Origin: the human T2T-CHM13v2.0 reference genome, Homo sapiens
Length of the DNA stretch: 64,000 nucleotides
NCBI RefSeq assembly: GCF_009914755.1
Contig: NC_060935.1
Reading direction: 5' to 3' (one strand)
Below, piece by piece: positions 44,178 through 57,128 of the stretch; positions within the stretch are counted from its first letter, which is position 1; every line of letters starts with the position of its first letter. The notes under the pieces were generated by a model. The model was not told the origin of the DNA and searched no databases. It saw only the letters and a program-made list of their open reading frames with translations. The position numbers and the translations under genes are program-made.

Positions 44178-45046
44178 CAAATTTACAAGAAAAAACAAAC
44201 AACCCCATCAAAACACGAGCGAAGGATATGAACAGACGCTTCTCAAAAGAAGACATTTATGCAGCCAAAAGACACATGAAAAAATGCTCATCATCACTGG
44301 CCATCAGAGAAATGCAAATCAAAACCGCAATGAGATAGCATCTCACACCAGTTAGAATGGTGATCATTAAAAAGTCAGGAAACAACAGGTGCTGGAGAGG
44401 ATGTGGAGAAATAGGAACACTTTTACACTGTTGGTGGGACTGTAAACTAGTTCAACCATTGTGGAAGTCAGTGTGGCGATTCCTCAGGGATCTAGAACTA
44501 GAAATACCATTTGACCCAGCCATCCCATTACTGGGTATATACCCAAAGGATTATAAATCATGCTGCTATAAAGACACATGCACATGTATGTTTATTGCGG
44601 CACTATTCACAATAGCAAAGACTTGGAACCAACCCAAATGTCCAACAACGATAGACTGGATTAAGAAAATGTGGCACATATACACCATGGCATATACACT
44701 ATGCAGCCATAAAAAACGATGAGTTCATGTCCTTTGCAGGGACATGGATGAAGCTGGAAACCATCATTCTCAGCAAACTATTGCAAGGACAGAAAACCAA
44801 ACACTGCATGTTCTCACTCATAGGTGGGAATTGAACAATGAGAACACATGGACACAGGAAGGGGAACGTCACACACTGGGGCCTGTTGTGGGGTGGGGGG
44901 AGGGGGGAGGGATAGCATTAGGAGATATACCTAATGTTAAATGATGAGTTAATGGGTGCAGCACACCAACATGGCACGTGTATACATATGTAACAAACCT
45001 GCACGTTGTGCACATGTACCCTAAAACTTAAAGTGTAATAAAAAAA
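44178..45046 (+). mobile_element. 5'-truncated young L1PA (approx. PA4-5)
   Basis: ORF2 C-terminus [20 protein letters not shown]-rich 3' UTR; TSD aaagtt(c/t)gttgtttga. Confidence 0.93.
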
Positions 45047-47525
45047 GTTTGTTGTTTGAAAGGACTAACAAGATCAATAGACCACAAGCTTGATTAACAA
45101 AGAAAAGAGAGAAGATCCAAATGTTCATAATTGGAAACTACAACAGTGACAGTACAACTGATCCCACAGAAAAACAAAATATCCACAGAGATTATTATGA
45201 ATACCTCTATGCACAACAACTAGAAAATCTAGAGGAAATGAGTAAATTCCTGGAAACACACTCTTTCCAAAGATTGAATCGTGAAGAAATTGAAATCCTG
45301 AACAGACCAATTTGAGTTCCACAACTGAAGTGGTAATAAAAAAGCCTACCAACCAAAAAAGCCCTGGAGACTTTCTTTATGGCCAAGCATGTGGTTAATC
45401 CTAAAGTATGTTCTATGTGTGGACAAGAAGAATGTATATGCCATGGTTGATGGGGGGGTATTCTGTAGATCTCTATTAGGTCCACTTGGTCAAGTGTCCA
45501 GTTTAAGTCCAGAATTTCTTTGTTAGTTTTCTGCCTTGATCATCTGTCTAATGATTTACAGCTGAATTATACTAGATGTACAAAAAGAGTGGGTACGAAT
45601 AGTACTGAAACTATTCCAAAAACATTGAGGAGACTCCTCCTCAACTTATTCTATGAGGTCAGTATCAAACCAATACTCAAACCTGGCAGAGACAAAATGA
45701 AAAAGGAAAACTACATGCCAACATCCTGAAGAACATAGACACAAAAATCCTCAACGAAATACTAGCAAACAAAAATCCTCAACAAAATACTAGCAAACTA
45801 AATCCAGCAGCACATCAAAAGTTAATTTACCATGATCAAGTAGGCTTCATTCCTGGGATGCAGGGTTGTTTCAATATACAGAAATCAACACATGTGATTC
45901 ACCACATAAGCATAATTCAAAACAAAAACTATATGATCATTTCAATAGATGTGGGTAAGGTTTTGATAAAATTCAACATCCCTTCATGATAAAAACCCTC
46001 AAGAAACTAGGCATTGAGGGAATATACCTCAAAATAATAAGAACCATGTATTACAAACCCACAGCCAACATCATACTGAATGGGCAAAAACTGGTTGCAT
46101 TCCCCTTGAGAACCAGAACAAGACAAGAACAAGACAACATAGTAATGGAAGTGCTAGCCAGAGCAATTAGGCAGAAGAAAGAAATAAAGAGCATCCAAAT
46201 AGGAAAAGAAGAAGTCAAACGATCTCTCTTTGAAGATGATATAATTCTATATCTAGATGACCCTAAAAACTCTGCCAAAAGGCTCCTAGAACTGATAAAT
46301 GACTTCAGTAAAGTTTCAAGACACATAATCAATTTACAAAAATTAGTAGCATTTCTATACATCAACAATGTTCAAGCTGAGAGCTAAATCAAGAATGCAG
46401 TCCCCTTTACAATAGCCATGAAAAATTAAATTAAACCTAGGAATACATCTAATCAAAGATATGAGAGCTATCTATGAGGAGATCTACAAAACACTGCTAA
46501 AAGAAATCATAGGTGACACAAACAAGTGGAAAGTACTTTCATTCTCACGGATTGGAAGAATCAATAGTGTTAAAATGACAATACTGCCAAAATAATCTAC
46601 AAGTTTAACACTATTCTTATCAAACTACCAACATTATTTTTCACAGAAAATAAAAAGAATTTATAAAAAGCTATTCTAAAATTCATAAAGAATCAAAAAA
46701 GAGTCCAAATGGCCAAAGAAATCCTAAGCAAAAAGAACAAAGCTGCATGCATTACATTACCTGACTAAAAACTATACTATAAGCCTAGAGTAACCAAAAC
46801 AGCATGGAACTGGTATAAAAACAGACACACAGACCAATGGAACAGAATATAGAATGCAGAAACAAAGCTGCACACCTATCACCCTCAGATCTTCCACAGT
46901 ATTGTCAGAAATAAGCAATGGAAAAAGGACTCCTTATTCAATAAATGGTGCTGAGATAGCTGGCTAGCCATACGCAGAGGAATGAAACTGGATCCTTACC
47001 TGTTACCACATACAGAAATTAACTCAAGATGGATTAAATATTTAAATGTAAAACCTCAGACTGTAATAATCATAGAAGAAAACCTAAGAAACACATAATT
47101 CTGGACATCAGCCTTGGGAAATAATTGATTAGTAAGTTGTCAAAAGCAATTGCAACAAAAACAAAAATGGACAAGTGGAACCTAATTAAACTAAAGAGCT
47201 TCTGCACAGCAAAAGAAACTAGCAACAGATTAAACAGCCAACCTACAGAATGGGAGAAAATATTCACAAACTGCACATCTGACAAAAGTTTAATATCCAG
47301 AATCTATAAGGAACTTAAGCAATTCAACAAGCAAAAACCAAATAGCTGTGTGAAAAAATGGGCAAAAGACATGAACAGACACTTCTCATAAGAAGACGTA
47401 CAAGCAGCCAACAAAAGTATAAAACAATGCTCCACATCACTAATCATCGGAATTATAAATCAAACCCACAATGAGATACCATCTCACACCAGTCAGAATG
47501 GCTGTTATTAAAAAGTCAAAAAACT

Positions 47526-47777
47526 GGCAGGGTGCGGTAGCTCACGCCTGTAATCCCAACACTTTGGGAGGTCGAGGTGGGTGGATTATGAGATCAGGAG
47601 TTCAAGACCAGCCTGGCCAAGATGATGAAACCCCGTCTCTACTAAAAATACAAAAATTAGCCGGGCATGGTGGCGGGTGCCTGTAATCCTAGCTACTCAG
47701 GAAGCTGAGGTAGAGAATCGCTTGAACTTGGGAGGCGGAGATTGCAGTGAGCCGAGATCATGCTGCTGCCCTCCAGC
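47526..47777 (+). mobile_element. AluSg-like, lacking its last ~27 nt
   Basis: Ends at ctccagc followed by aaaaaac, matching the pre-insertion aaaaaac. Confidence 0.88.
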
Positions 47778-48073
47778 AAAAAACAACAGATGCTGGTGAG
47801 GCTGCAGAGAAAAGAGAATGCTTATAAGTCGTTGGAGGATATGTAAATTAGTTCAACCACTGTGGAAAGCAGTTCGGAGATTTCCCAAATAACTTAGAAC
47901 TACTATTTGATTCAGTAATCTCACTACTGGGTATATATCCAAAAGAAAATAAATCGTTCTACTAAAAGGACACCTGCACTTGTATGTTCATTGCAATTCT
48001 ATTCACAATAGCAAAGACATGAAATCAATGTGCCTATCCATAGTTAATTGGATAAAGAAAATGTGGCACACAT

Positions 48074-48345
48074 ACAGCACAGTAGTAACCCTCCAGGAAT
48101 TTCAGCAGCAGGGATAGGGCCCAGAGAAGAGCACACATGATCATTGACAGGGATCCTGCATGGCTGCAGTAATACCAGATGGTAGGCCACAGGATGGACA
48201 GGCAACACTTGGTGCTAATGGCACTGGGCATATTGGCCTGTGATGCAGGAAAAGATCCTTACAGTGGAAATGAAAATGGAATTGGAATGGAAGGAGATGA
48301 AGAATTTTACCAGGGAACCTTTAATATGGCAGCACAGCAAAATAG
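48074..48345 (-). pseudogene. MRGPR remnant (TM2-TM4 only)
   Basis: [20 protein letters not shown]...[20 protein letters not shown]; upstream LCCHIKGSLV...[11 protein letters not shown]. Confidence 0.85.
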
Positions 48346-48361
48346 AGGAGGAAGAGGATGA

Positions 48362-49135
48362 GGGTGAGATCTGAGTGCCACTGAAAAGAGGTATTTGAGT
48401 TATGGGAGAATCTATGAAGGACTACTAAGTGATGTGCTGTGGTGTGTATAATATAAACCTACTCCATTCCTTCTCCCAGGAGATCTTGAGCAGAGTTTTC
48501 TTTGCTGATGAAAGCTTTTCTGTGAGAGGAGTCTATAAGGGGAAGTTGAAAAAGTGCAGGGCTTGGAATGCAGAGAGAGGTACTCCTACAGCTTTCCACT
48601 AGAGAGAGGATATAACTCCCATCCGGGTGAATAACAGCAGCAGATTGAGATTTTACTGGGTACTGTTTTTTAATCCTTTCAGAGGCCTGTGAGGTAAGAA
48701 TCAGTGTTGTTCTCATTTTGGAGAGAATGGAATTGGAGTACAAAACAGATGAGTTATTTGTTCCTAGTCTTACATAGTATGGATTTGAACCCAGCAAGAC
48801 TGCCTCAGGGTCCATGTTTTTGACGAGTGCTTTGGACCCAGCACCACTGTGTATCACTTACACATGAATTGGAGTGGGTAGCAAAGTAATTCCCAGTTAA
48901 ATCCGAGACGACAGTCAAAATTGTGCATGAAAAAAAAGCATGAGCAAATTCCAGGAACAGAGAAAAGAAGCCAATTAAATAAGGAACAAGAGAGAACTGG
49001 GTCAAAGCCAATTAGGAATAGATAGCAGAATCTAAGGGCCCTCTTCTGCCTGAAAGGCAGCCATTGCTCTGGAATCCAGAGAACTCACAGGTGCAGGAGG
49101 CCTCCAAGTGTACAGAGGACCCTTCCTCCTGTGGA
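48362..49135. repeat. Paralogous copy of MRGPR upstream block 53447-54215
   Basis: Collinear: gggtgagatctgagtgccactgaaa vs gggtgaggtctgagtgccgctgaaa; tggacccagcaccactgt; ttgctctggaat...ggaggcctcca. Confidence 0.88.
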
Positions 49136-49169
49136 GGTGGAGAGAGGGATCAAAATGTTATAGAATTAT

Positions 49170-49405
49170 ACGCAAAGGTGTATCTCACTCCTAAAAAAAT
49201 GAGTGCATGTAAATACTGGTGAAATCTGATAAGATTTGTATTGTAGATAACTGTATTGTACCAATATTAATTTCATTGTTTTGATAATACATTTATGTAA
49301 CATGTCATTACTGCTGTAGGTTGGTTGATGGGTATACAGGAACTCTCCATTTTTTTGTAACTTCTTGTTAGTCTACAATTCATTGAGAATGAAAAGTTAA
49401 AAAAC
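49170..49405 (+). mobile_element. L1MC-type 3' end fragment
   Basis: gagtgcatgtaaa.actggtgaaatctga...gggtatacaggaactctc...aaaagttaaaaaa. Confidence 0.65.
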
Positions 49406-51563
49406 AACCAAAAGGTCAGTTCATTGTATGAACTACCTCCATGGATACTGAAGTCACCAAGAATGAGAACATGGGGTATGCCTGAAAGAAGTTTGTAAAT
49501 TTGGCATATAGGTTAGAAGATAATATGATATCTTATATGAACTTAAAGTATTCTTACAGTGAATAGGAAAAGGAATATTACTGAAATCAAAATAACCAGT
49601 TGCCCAGAGAGAGCCAACAGTCTTTGGTTCAATTTTCAGGTGAAATTTCGCTCCAGGGCTCCTCATTATGGACAAAATTGTTAGCTGAAGCTGTGCAATT
49701 GATGATACCACAAACTCTCAGGGTGGACTCTCCTAGTAACCCCCATTCTGAACTGATGACATCACATCTAAACCCCATGCCTGGAGCATTGGCTGCAAGC
49801 ACTGTCTTCCTGCTTCCTCTGACCTGCAAGAACCCTCACATACAGCCAAGTCCTACTATGGTGTTTATAAATCAAGCGTGCACATATAGGATACAGAATC
49901 AGCAAAGAGCTCGGCCTGGAAGAGCAATCAATCTGGATTCAGAAGGCCTGAGTTCTATATGCTGAACAGTGTTATAAGAGCCATTGATGCATTTTTTTTT
50001 TTGGAAAAATGGAAAACAATAGACTTCTTTACCACTTTCATAGCTACTTTATACTGTCTCCTGAGTACTCAAATTGCATTTGTCAGCTCCCTTCTGTGAG
50101 GGTCAATCTGAGGGGCATCCTCACTGCCTGTGAGCAGCACAGAGCCCACTGTGATGTCCCGTCTTCTCTTGGTGGTCTCTTCTGTCTGCTTGAGTTACCT
50201 GTGGAAAGAATAACCAATGGCAGAGAAGAGTCCTGAGTTTGTACTGATCCTAAGTTTTCATAATGAAATGGTTTTAATTGTGGTAAAATTTATGTAACAT
50301 ACATTTTACTACGTTAACGATTTTTTAGTGTATAACTCAGTAGCATTAAGTACATTGCCAATGAGATGTAACTGTTACCAAACAAAAATTTTTGTGCTCA
50401 TTAAATAATGATTTCATATTCTCCCCATCCATCACCATCAGGTTCCTCCTAATCTATTTTTTGTGTTCATCAATTTTCCTAGATTAGATACTGGAAAAAT
50501 TTGAACTTACAATATTGTTCTTTTGTGTCTGGCACAATGTTCTCAAGGTTCATCTGTATTGCAGCATGTATCAGAATTATGTTGCAATGCTAAGCTATTA
50601 TCTAGATACTGTAATTGACATTATCATGGAAATGTCAAATACCTTCAATCTTGCTTCTGATAGTGACTGGCCATGAAACTAACTGAAAGTTACAGCCAGA
50701 ACAACTTGTACAAAAATGGGAAGTATCCAGAATTCCTGTATAATTGAAGGAATCTGTCAGCAAATAATAAATGGTTTTAAGATAATTTCTACATTGAAAC
50801 CAATACTGAGGTTGCAAATGGCCAAATTAGAACTCATGGGGCATATTTGTAGACTCTACACTCGTCCCTTTGTCCAGGAAAGCTAAATAAGCACTTACTA
50901 GTTCTGAAGGGGAAGGAGCTGTGGTTATCTTAACTTGAAACCAAGGCCAACATGTCACTGTGCCATGGACAAATGACAGCACAGGACTTTCCATAAAACC
51001 AATTTCCTAGACTGTTTTTATGAATACAGAGAATCTGTCTCTAAGGACATTATTTTCCCCTGTATCTGAGAATTCAATGAAATTCAGAGGCAGCAGAACT
51101 CACTTATCCAGAATGAGCTTCCTCCCTGCAGCAATACCCCTAATCATAGAAGGGAACATGGTTTTTAGGTGAACATAGTCCGAGAGAAAGATAAGGAATT
51201 TTCCCTTGGATACTGTCCGGTAGGAAATAGTTATAAAAAAAAGGTTTTCCAGTTTTAGACAGGAATTCTTTCCATTCCCATAAAAGTTGAACGTGAAAGT
51301 TTTCAGTAAGAAAAATTTAATGGAAGATAACAGGGGAAATTTGTTGGTAATAGGAAGAAGGATCTAAACAGTGTACTTTCAAATTAATGATTTCTCTGAG
51401 TAAAACTAGAAATGTGAGATTAAAAATAAAACTATTTGAAGATATTGAGGGAATCACAGGCATTTCTGAGGCAGAAAGATGAGAAAAACACATATAATTG
51501 TCAAGGTGGCAGGGCAGTGTTTCTCTCAAAGTGCCGTCTGACTGACAGGGCAGAGGCTCTTCC

Positions 51564-52524
51564 TCATGGCCCCAATCTGCTTCATGACAGCTCCAGGGTT
51601 TCCTCAGAAAGCCGCCATCTGCCTTCTTCCACCTCAGGCGTGTCCTGCAGAGCCCTCTGGAGAACCAGCTAGAGAGTCTTCCTGTTTTGAAGCTGCCTAA
51701 AGGAGCCCATGAAGAAGTAAATAATGGGGTTGGCACTGCTGTTAAGAGTGGACAGGAAAATGGAAACTAGACGAACGTGACAAATCCACGTGGATCCAGA
51801 AAAATAGGAATCACTGAATGCCAAAGGGCAGGTCACAGAGGAGGAAGACCAGCACTCTGAGCAGGATGGTCATGTACAGCCTGGTCAAGGGCATCTTCCG
51901 GGATCCACAAAGGATCCTGACCAGCAGGACCGGGCTGGACCCGCAGAGAACCACACATAAAAAAATCAGCCATGTGACTGTGATGAAATCTGATGTTTCA
52001 CACCAAACAGAATCAGCACCACTAGACAGGAAGCCACAGAACATCCATTCCAGGATGCTCTGCAGCAGGGACAGGGCCCAGAGCAGGACACACGACTGCT
52101 GACAGGTGTGTGGGGTGGTGGCAGCGGTACTAGATGGGCCACAGGATGGACAGGCAGTGCTTGGTGCTGATGGAGCCCAGCATGCTCAGGCCTGTAAAGT
52201 AGAGAAAGGTCATCACAGTGGTGAAATAGGTGGAGATGGAAAGGAAGAAGTCATGGTAGAAATTCACAATTTCTAAAATCTGGGAGCAGAGGAAGAAGTC
52301 GGCCCCGGCCAGGTTGAGGGTGTAGAGGGAGAAGGTGTTCCTGTGCAGGCGGAATCCCAGGAGCCAGAGGAAATGACTGCATTTCCTGCCAGCTGGACCA
52401 GGTCAACGATGAGGAGCAGCAACATGAGGATCATGATCTCCATGCCACAATGTTGAAGATGGGTCTCCTCGGTCCTATTGATTGATGTCAGTTCTGTACC
52501 CAAGGCTGGGATGGTTGGATCCAT
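51564..52524 (-). pseudogene. MRGPRX-type GPCR pseudogene (MRGPRX1/3/4-like), full-length coding exon
   Basis: MDPTIPALGTELT start; [11 protein letters not shown]; [19 protein letters not shown]; [11 protein letters not shown]; LQRALQDTPEV; frameshift near 52370 and stops at 52130, 51811, 51669. Confidence 0.95.
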
Positions 52525-52549
52525 GCACAGAAACCCTAGTCTGGTGCCC

Positions 52550-52566
52550 CTGGGAACACAAAAAAG
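52550..52566 (-). promoter_or_regulatory. Splice acceptor of the MRGPRX coding exon
   Basis: Minus strand cttttttgtgttcccAG|gggcaccagactagggtttctg, 25 nt before the ATG. Confidence 0.65.
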
Positions 52567-55075
52567 ATGTGATCAGCAGCTGTGTGATCTCTGATTTCAC
52601 ATACATTCTATTATATGAGAATTATTGTCCCCATTTTACAGAGGAGAGAAACAGGCTTGCAGAGAATAAGCCACCTGTCAAAAGGTGAGGAGTGCTGAAC
52701 TCCAGTTTCAAATCCAGTTCTTGGTGACTCTAAAGCCTGGGCTCTCTCTATTGCAACACAATTTCTCTACTGACATGGGAATAACATTATGATGAAAACA
52801 TGCCCACTCAACTGGCCAGGGCTGTGGATCCAAGCATTACTCGGTCCTGGTCAGAAATTTTCTCTCGAGTGTAGGAGTTTGGATAAAGAGGTGGACACCT
52901 TCATGATAAAAGTGGTCATCATGGATGAAAATGAAGGTTAGGCATTATTTACATGAGGAAAATGTGACGTCTTGCTAGGACAAGTGTGATGATGACTGGG
53001 CCTGGTGAGCTAGGAATGGCTCAGTGTGTGTCCGTCATTACAGAGAGGAGCACTTTTATATCCCCAGTGCCTAGCTCCATGTGGAGCACACTGTGTTTTG
53101 TGTAAATATTCATTCAGTGAATAAATGCATGAATGAAGAGCCTAATGGTAGTGATAGCTTTGGATTAAAAGGAAAATAAAAATAAAAACACAATTAAAGG
53201 TGTTGGAACACCCACATATAATGAGATGTAAAAATTTCATTCATCAGAATTTTATTTGTTCCGTCTGTGTTAAAAGGCATTACTGATATGTGCCCAAATA
53301 CCTGAAGTTGACTACTGATGTGCCTTTGAAATGAGGACTCAGTGTGGCTTTGCTGAGCCCCTAGAATCTCTTTTGTACACAGTGTTGGGGTAGGGTGTGG
53401 TCTGAGCTGAACTGCTCAGCAATATAGAAAAAGAAAGAGTAAGCGTGGGTGAGGTCTGAGTGCCGCTGAAAGAGGTAATTGAAATGTAGCAATATCTTTG
53501 GAGGACTCCTAAGTGTTCTGCTGGGTGTACACAGTGCAAAACAACTTGATTCTGTCTCACAGGAGATCTTTGGTAGACTTTCTCTGTTGATGCAAACATT
53601 TGTATGAGAGGAGTCCATGAGAGGAAATAGGAGTTCAGCGCTTGGAATGAAAAAAGAGATGTTCATGTAGATTTCAACTGGTGAAACAGGACTAGCTCAT
53701 ATCTGGCTGAAAAACAGCAGCTGATTGAGAGTTTATTAGGGATTGTCTTAATGCTCTCAAGAGCCTAGGAGGTAAGAGTTAGTATTATTCCTATATGGCA
53801 GAGAATGCAATTAGAGCACAAAAAGAGTGAGTTATTTGTCCCTGGTCTTACACAGTGCGGATTTGGACCCAGCAGAGCTGCCTCAAGGTCTACCCTTTTC
53901 ACCAGCCCTTTGGACCCAGCACCACTGTATGTCTATTATACATGATAGAGGGGGAAGGCAGAGGAATGACTCTCAAATTTAACCCAAGTTGGCAGTCAAA
54001 AGTTTGGACTGAAAAAAAAAAGCTAACCTAAACAAACTCCAGATAGAGAATGAGAAGCAAATCAAATAGGGAACCAAATAGAGTTGAGTGAAAACCAATT
54101 AGGAACAAATTGAGGAGCTCCTTTCTGCATCACAAAGGCTGCCTTTGCTCTGGAATGCCAAGGATGCACAGGGGCTGGAGGCCTCCAGGTGGAAAGAAGA
54201 CACACCCTCCTCTGGGAGTACAAAGGAGCATCAGGAGTGGATGCATCCATCCTGAGCTCTCTTAGAGATACAAGCTGCCGCAGCCTTCGTTGTCCTGAAA
54301 AGGAAATTAACGGAAAACCAGAACCTCTGTTAACCACATTGAGGACACTTAAGATTAAGAGTTTGTCCGCTTATTTTTAGGATATGATATATTTGTCTTC
54401 CTTACAAAACCTGAAGCTCCATAAAAACTAAGCTATGCCTGTTCTGGTTCACTGTAGTATTGCCAGCATTTAGCCTGTGTTCCTCAAAGACCATCTATTG
54501 TAATATCCTCCTATGACACAAGAAGCTGCTGAGGCTTAAAGAATCAAAGGATCTTCCTGAGATCACACTATGAAGAGCAGATCCAGTATAAGCTCCTGGT
54601 CCATGGAGCCCTGCATGAGACTTCTCTACTGTTTTCTGCTTCATCAATCATTATTTTTGAGGACCTCCTGAAAAATCTTGATGTGAGCATAGAATCTGAG
54701 ATAATCAGGAGCTTTAGAGCCTACTCCATTGCCCCATATCCATTTTCCTTTTCAGTCAAACAACAATTCTGAGCATTTAAAAGCAGCACAAGGACACACA
54801 TTCCAGTTTTCCTGGATGCTGGATGACATTGTATGACCAGGTTCTGGTCAATGGGAAGTAAGAAGATGTGATGTAAGCAAGTCCTGGCTCATGGGATCAA
54901 TAGAAGGAGCACAGCCTTCCCTTCCCCTCTTCCTTCTCCATCAGGCTGGAATGCTGAGGTGGTTGGCAGGCAGTAGGACCACAAGAATGAGGGCAACTCT
55001 CTAGACATTAGGGAGCAGCAATTTTTGGAGTCCTAATGTCTGATGCCTTGGAGCCTCCAGCTCAGGTCTTAAATA

Positions 55076-55425
55076 CAGTCACTCCTGAGTATCCACAGGG
55101 GATTGGTTCTAGAACCCCTGCACACACCAAAATCTGCCCATGCTCAATTTCCTTATAGAAAATGATGTAGTATTTGAATATAACCTATGAACTTTCTCCT
55201 TTATACTTTAAATTATTTCTAGATCACTTATAATACCTATTAAAATGTAAGTGCTATGTAAATAATTGTTATATGGTATTGTTTAGGAAATAATGACAAG
55301 AAAGAAAAGTCTGTACCTGTTCAGTACCTATACAGCTACTCCTGTCCTCCTTTTTTTGGAATATATTCTACCTGTGGTTTGTTGAATCTAGGGATTCAGA
55401 ACCAACTGACATGGAGGGACAACTG
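55076..55425 (+). mobile_element. MER2-like Tigger MITE
   Basis: TA|cagtcactcc...tatccacaggggattggttc ... gagggacaactg|TA with terminal inverted repeats. Confidence 0.8.
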
Positions 55426-55729
55426 TACTTTCTTGTTTAAGATATTCCTACTTCGTGTTTCTTTTAGAGCAGCCAAACTTACATTCTAACAAAAAGGAAT
55501 ATGTTTTCTCTTTTTAAAATTACATTTCACTTCCTAGGCATTTTTGATAAATGCAGGTATTTCTCCATAAAATCGACAATAGAGAAAGAATTTCCAAACA
55601 TAAAAAAAACTCTGATAGAGATTAAATGAGACATGATTCAATGAGATTTAGAGAGAGAAAACCCCAGGAGGTAGGAGGAAGATATAAAAAGGTGAGTGGG
55701 ATAGTTTCATTTGCCTTGAGGATTTGCTT

Positions 55730-56180
55730 CCCAATCTTCTCTACCCTGTTTGACATCCCAAGAGGGTGGCTTCTCTGTACCTCATCAGTGATATTCTTTT
55801 CCTTTTGGTTTCTGGTTGAACTGAGACACTGAGAGACACTGGTAGGAGACTGGAAGGCAGGAGGGGAGTGATTTGGAATTTTCACCTCCTGGGCCTCTGC
55901 CTTTGTGGCTGTGTGTTGGTGATGCAGGGCTTCTCCACCTGCCTGCTCATCCTCTCCCAACCCTACAGCTACAGCTATGGCTATGGCTGTGCTCTCAATG
56001 GTAACTGCTCCTTCCCTGTCCCTTTAAGCTTAGGGGAGGAAGTAGTGCTACACCATTGCCATTTAGGGTGCTTCCCTAGGCATTGTCTTTTCCCCTTAAC
56101 CCTGTCCATCTTTGTACATAGTCCCCTCATGAAACACTCCTCATTTATTTCATTTTGGACCATCTGTTTCTTCCTTAGAC
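55730..56180 (+). mobile_element. Old ERVL-class LTR fragment (LTR33/LTR16-like)
   Basis: ctttaagcttaggggagg...cttaaccctgtcc...catctgtttcttcc motifs. Confidence 0.4.
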
Positions 56181-57128
56181 CTTTCCAGATAGGCAAAGAA
56201 GAATAACTTTGAAAAGTAAGTAAAATAATAAGACCCCTTAACCACAGCTCAGCTGTAGGAAGGAATGCCTGCATATCCCCTTGCTCCTTAAATGAATTTA
56301 AAAAGCATCATTATCTCCATGAAAGCAGATTGAATAGTTGGAATAAAGGGGGTGATATGGAGAGATGGATCAGAGGGAGAAAGCTCTGCTGACCCCATTT
56401 GAAACTCCCGCAGTCTGGGCTGCCAGCACTCAGTTTCTAGAAGGAAGCTTCATGTCTCCTGCCTTTTCTTGAAGGAAACTTATGAACTTCTGTATGCAGA
56501 ACCCCAAGGTGGAAACACAGGTTTGTGAACTTATAGCAGAAACAATAACTTGCTGTGGAAAGAAGAGAGTTCTTGGTACATACCCTTACCTTTCCTCCTT
56601 CTTCAAGTCCAAAGATAAAGAGCTGCCCCTTGCTAAAGGGGTAGAGCCTTTCTGGGATTCCGTGACTTCAGAGCACTATTCTGTGTTGTGTCATTTAGGA
56701 GATGCCTACAAGAGCTGGAATGAGAACTGGCAACCAACCCAGGTTTATGAAGATACAGACAGCATGTGATTTCCTGTATGAGGATTGCAGGCAAATCAGA
56801 AGCCAGAGCTGTTTGAGCCACGATCCCTAACTGAGATGTTTCTTGGCCTCTGTCCCATTATTAATACATATCTGCCTCTCTCATCATATCCCATCTCATT
56901 CAACTTCCTGTAAGTAATTGCTGTTTTGAACTTTTACAATTTATTATGGGCCTAGGTATCAATGTCAAGCAACGTGAGCTTGTTTTGTGAGGCTTTATAA
57001 CTAAAAACTAAAGTAGATCATAGGGTCTTTCAGGGCTTGCAATGGCTTGATCCCACTCTGTGTGTGGGTTTGGTTTTCTAAGTCCATGATTATTTTCTGT
57101 TCAAAGACAAAGTAGAAAACTCAAGAGT

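Larger units (their letters stand above)
39557..48073 (+). mobile_element. Composite L1: one 5' UTR type (39557-~40460) joined to an L1PA15/16-like 5' UTR, ORF1 and ORF2; 3' end missing
   Basis: gagcaagatggtggactagaagcc start; ORF1 41802-42101; ORF2 fragments 43418-43663, 45986-46387, 47125-47391; stops abruptly at an MRGPR remnant. Confidence 0.8.
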
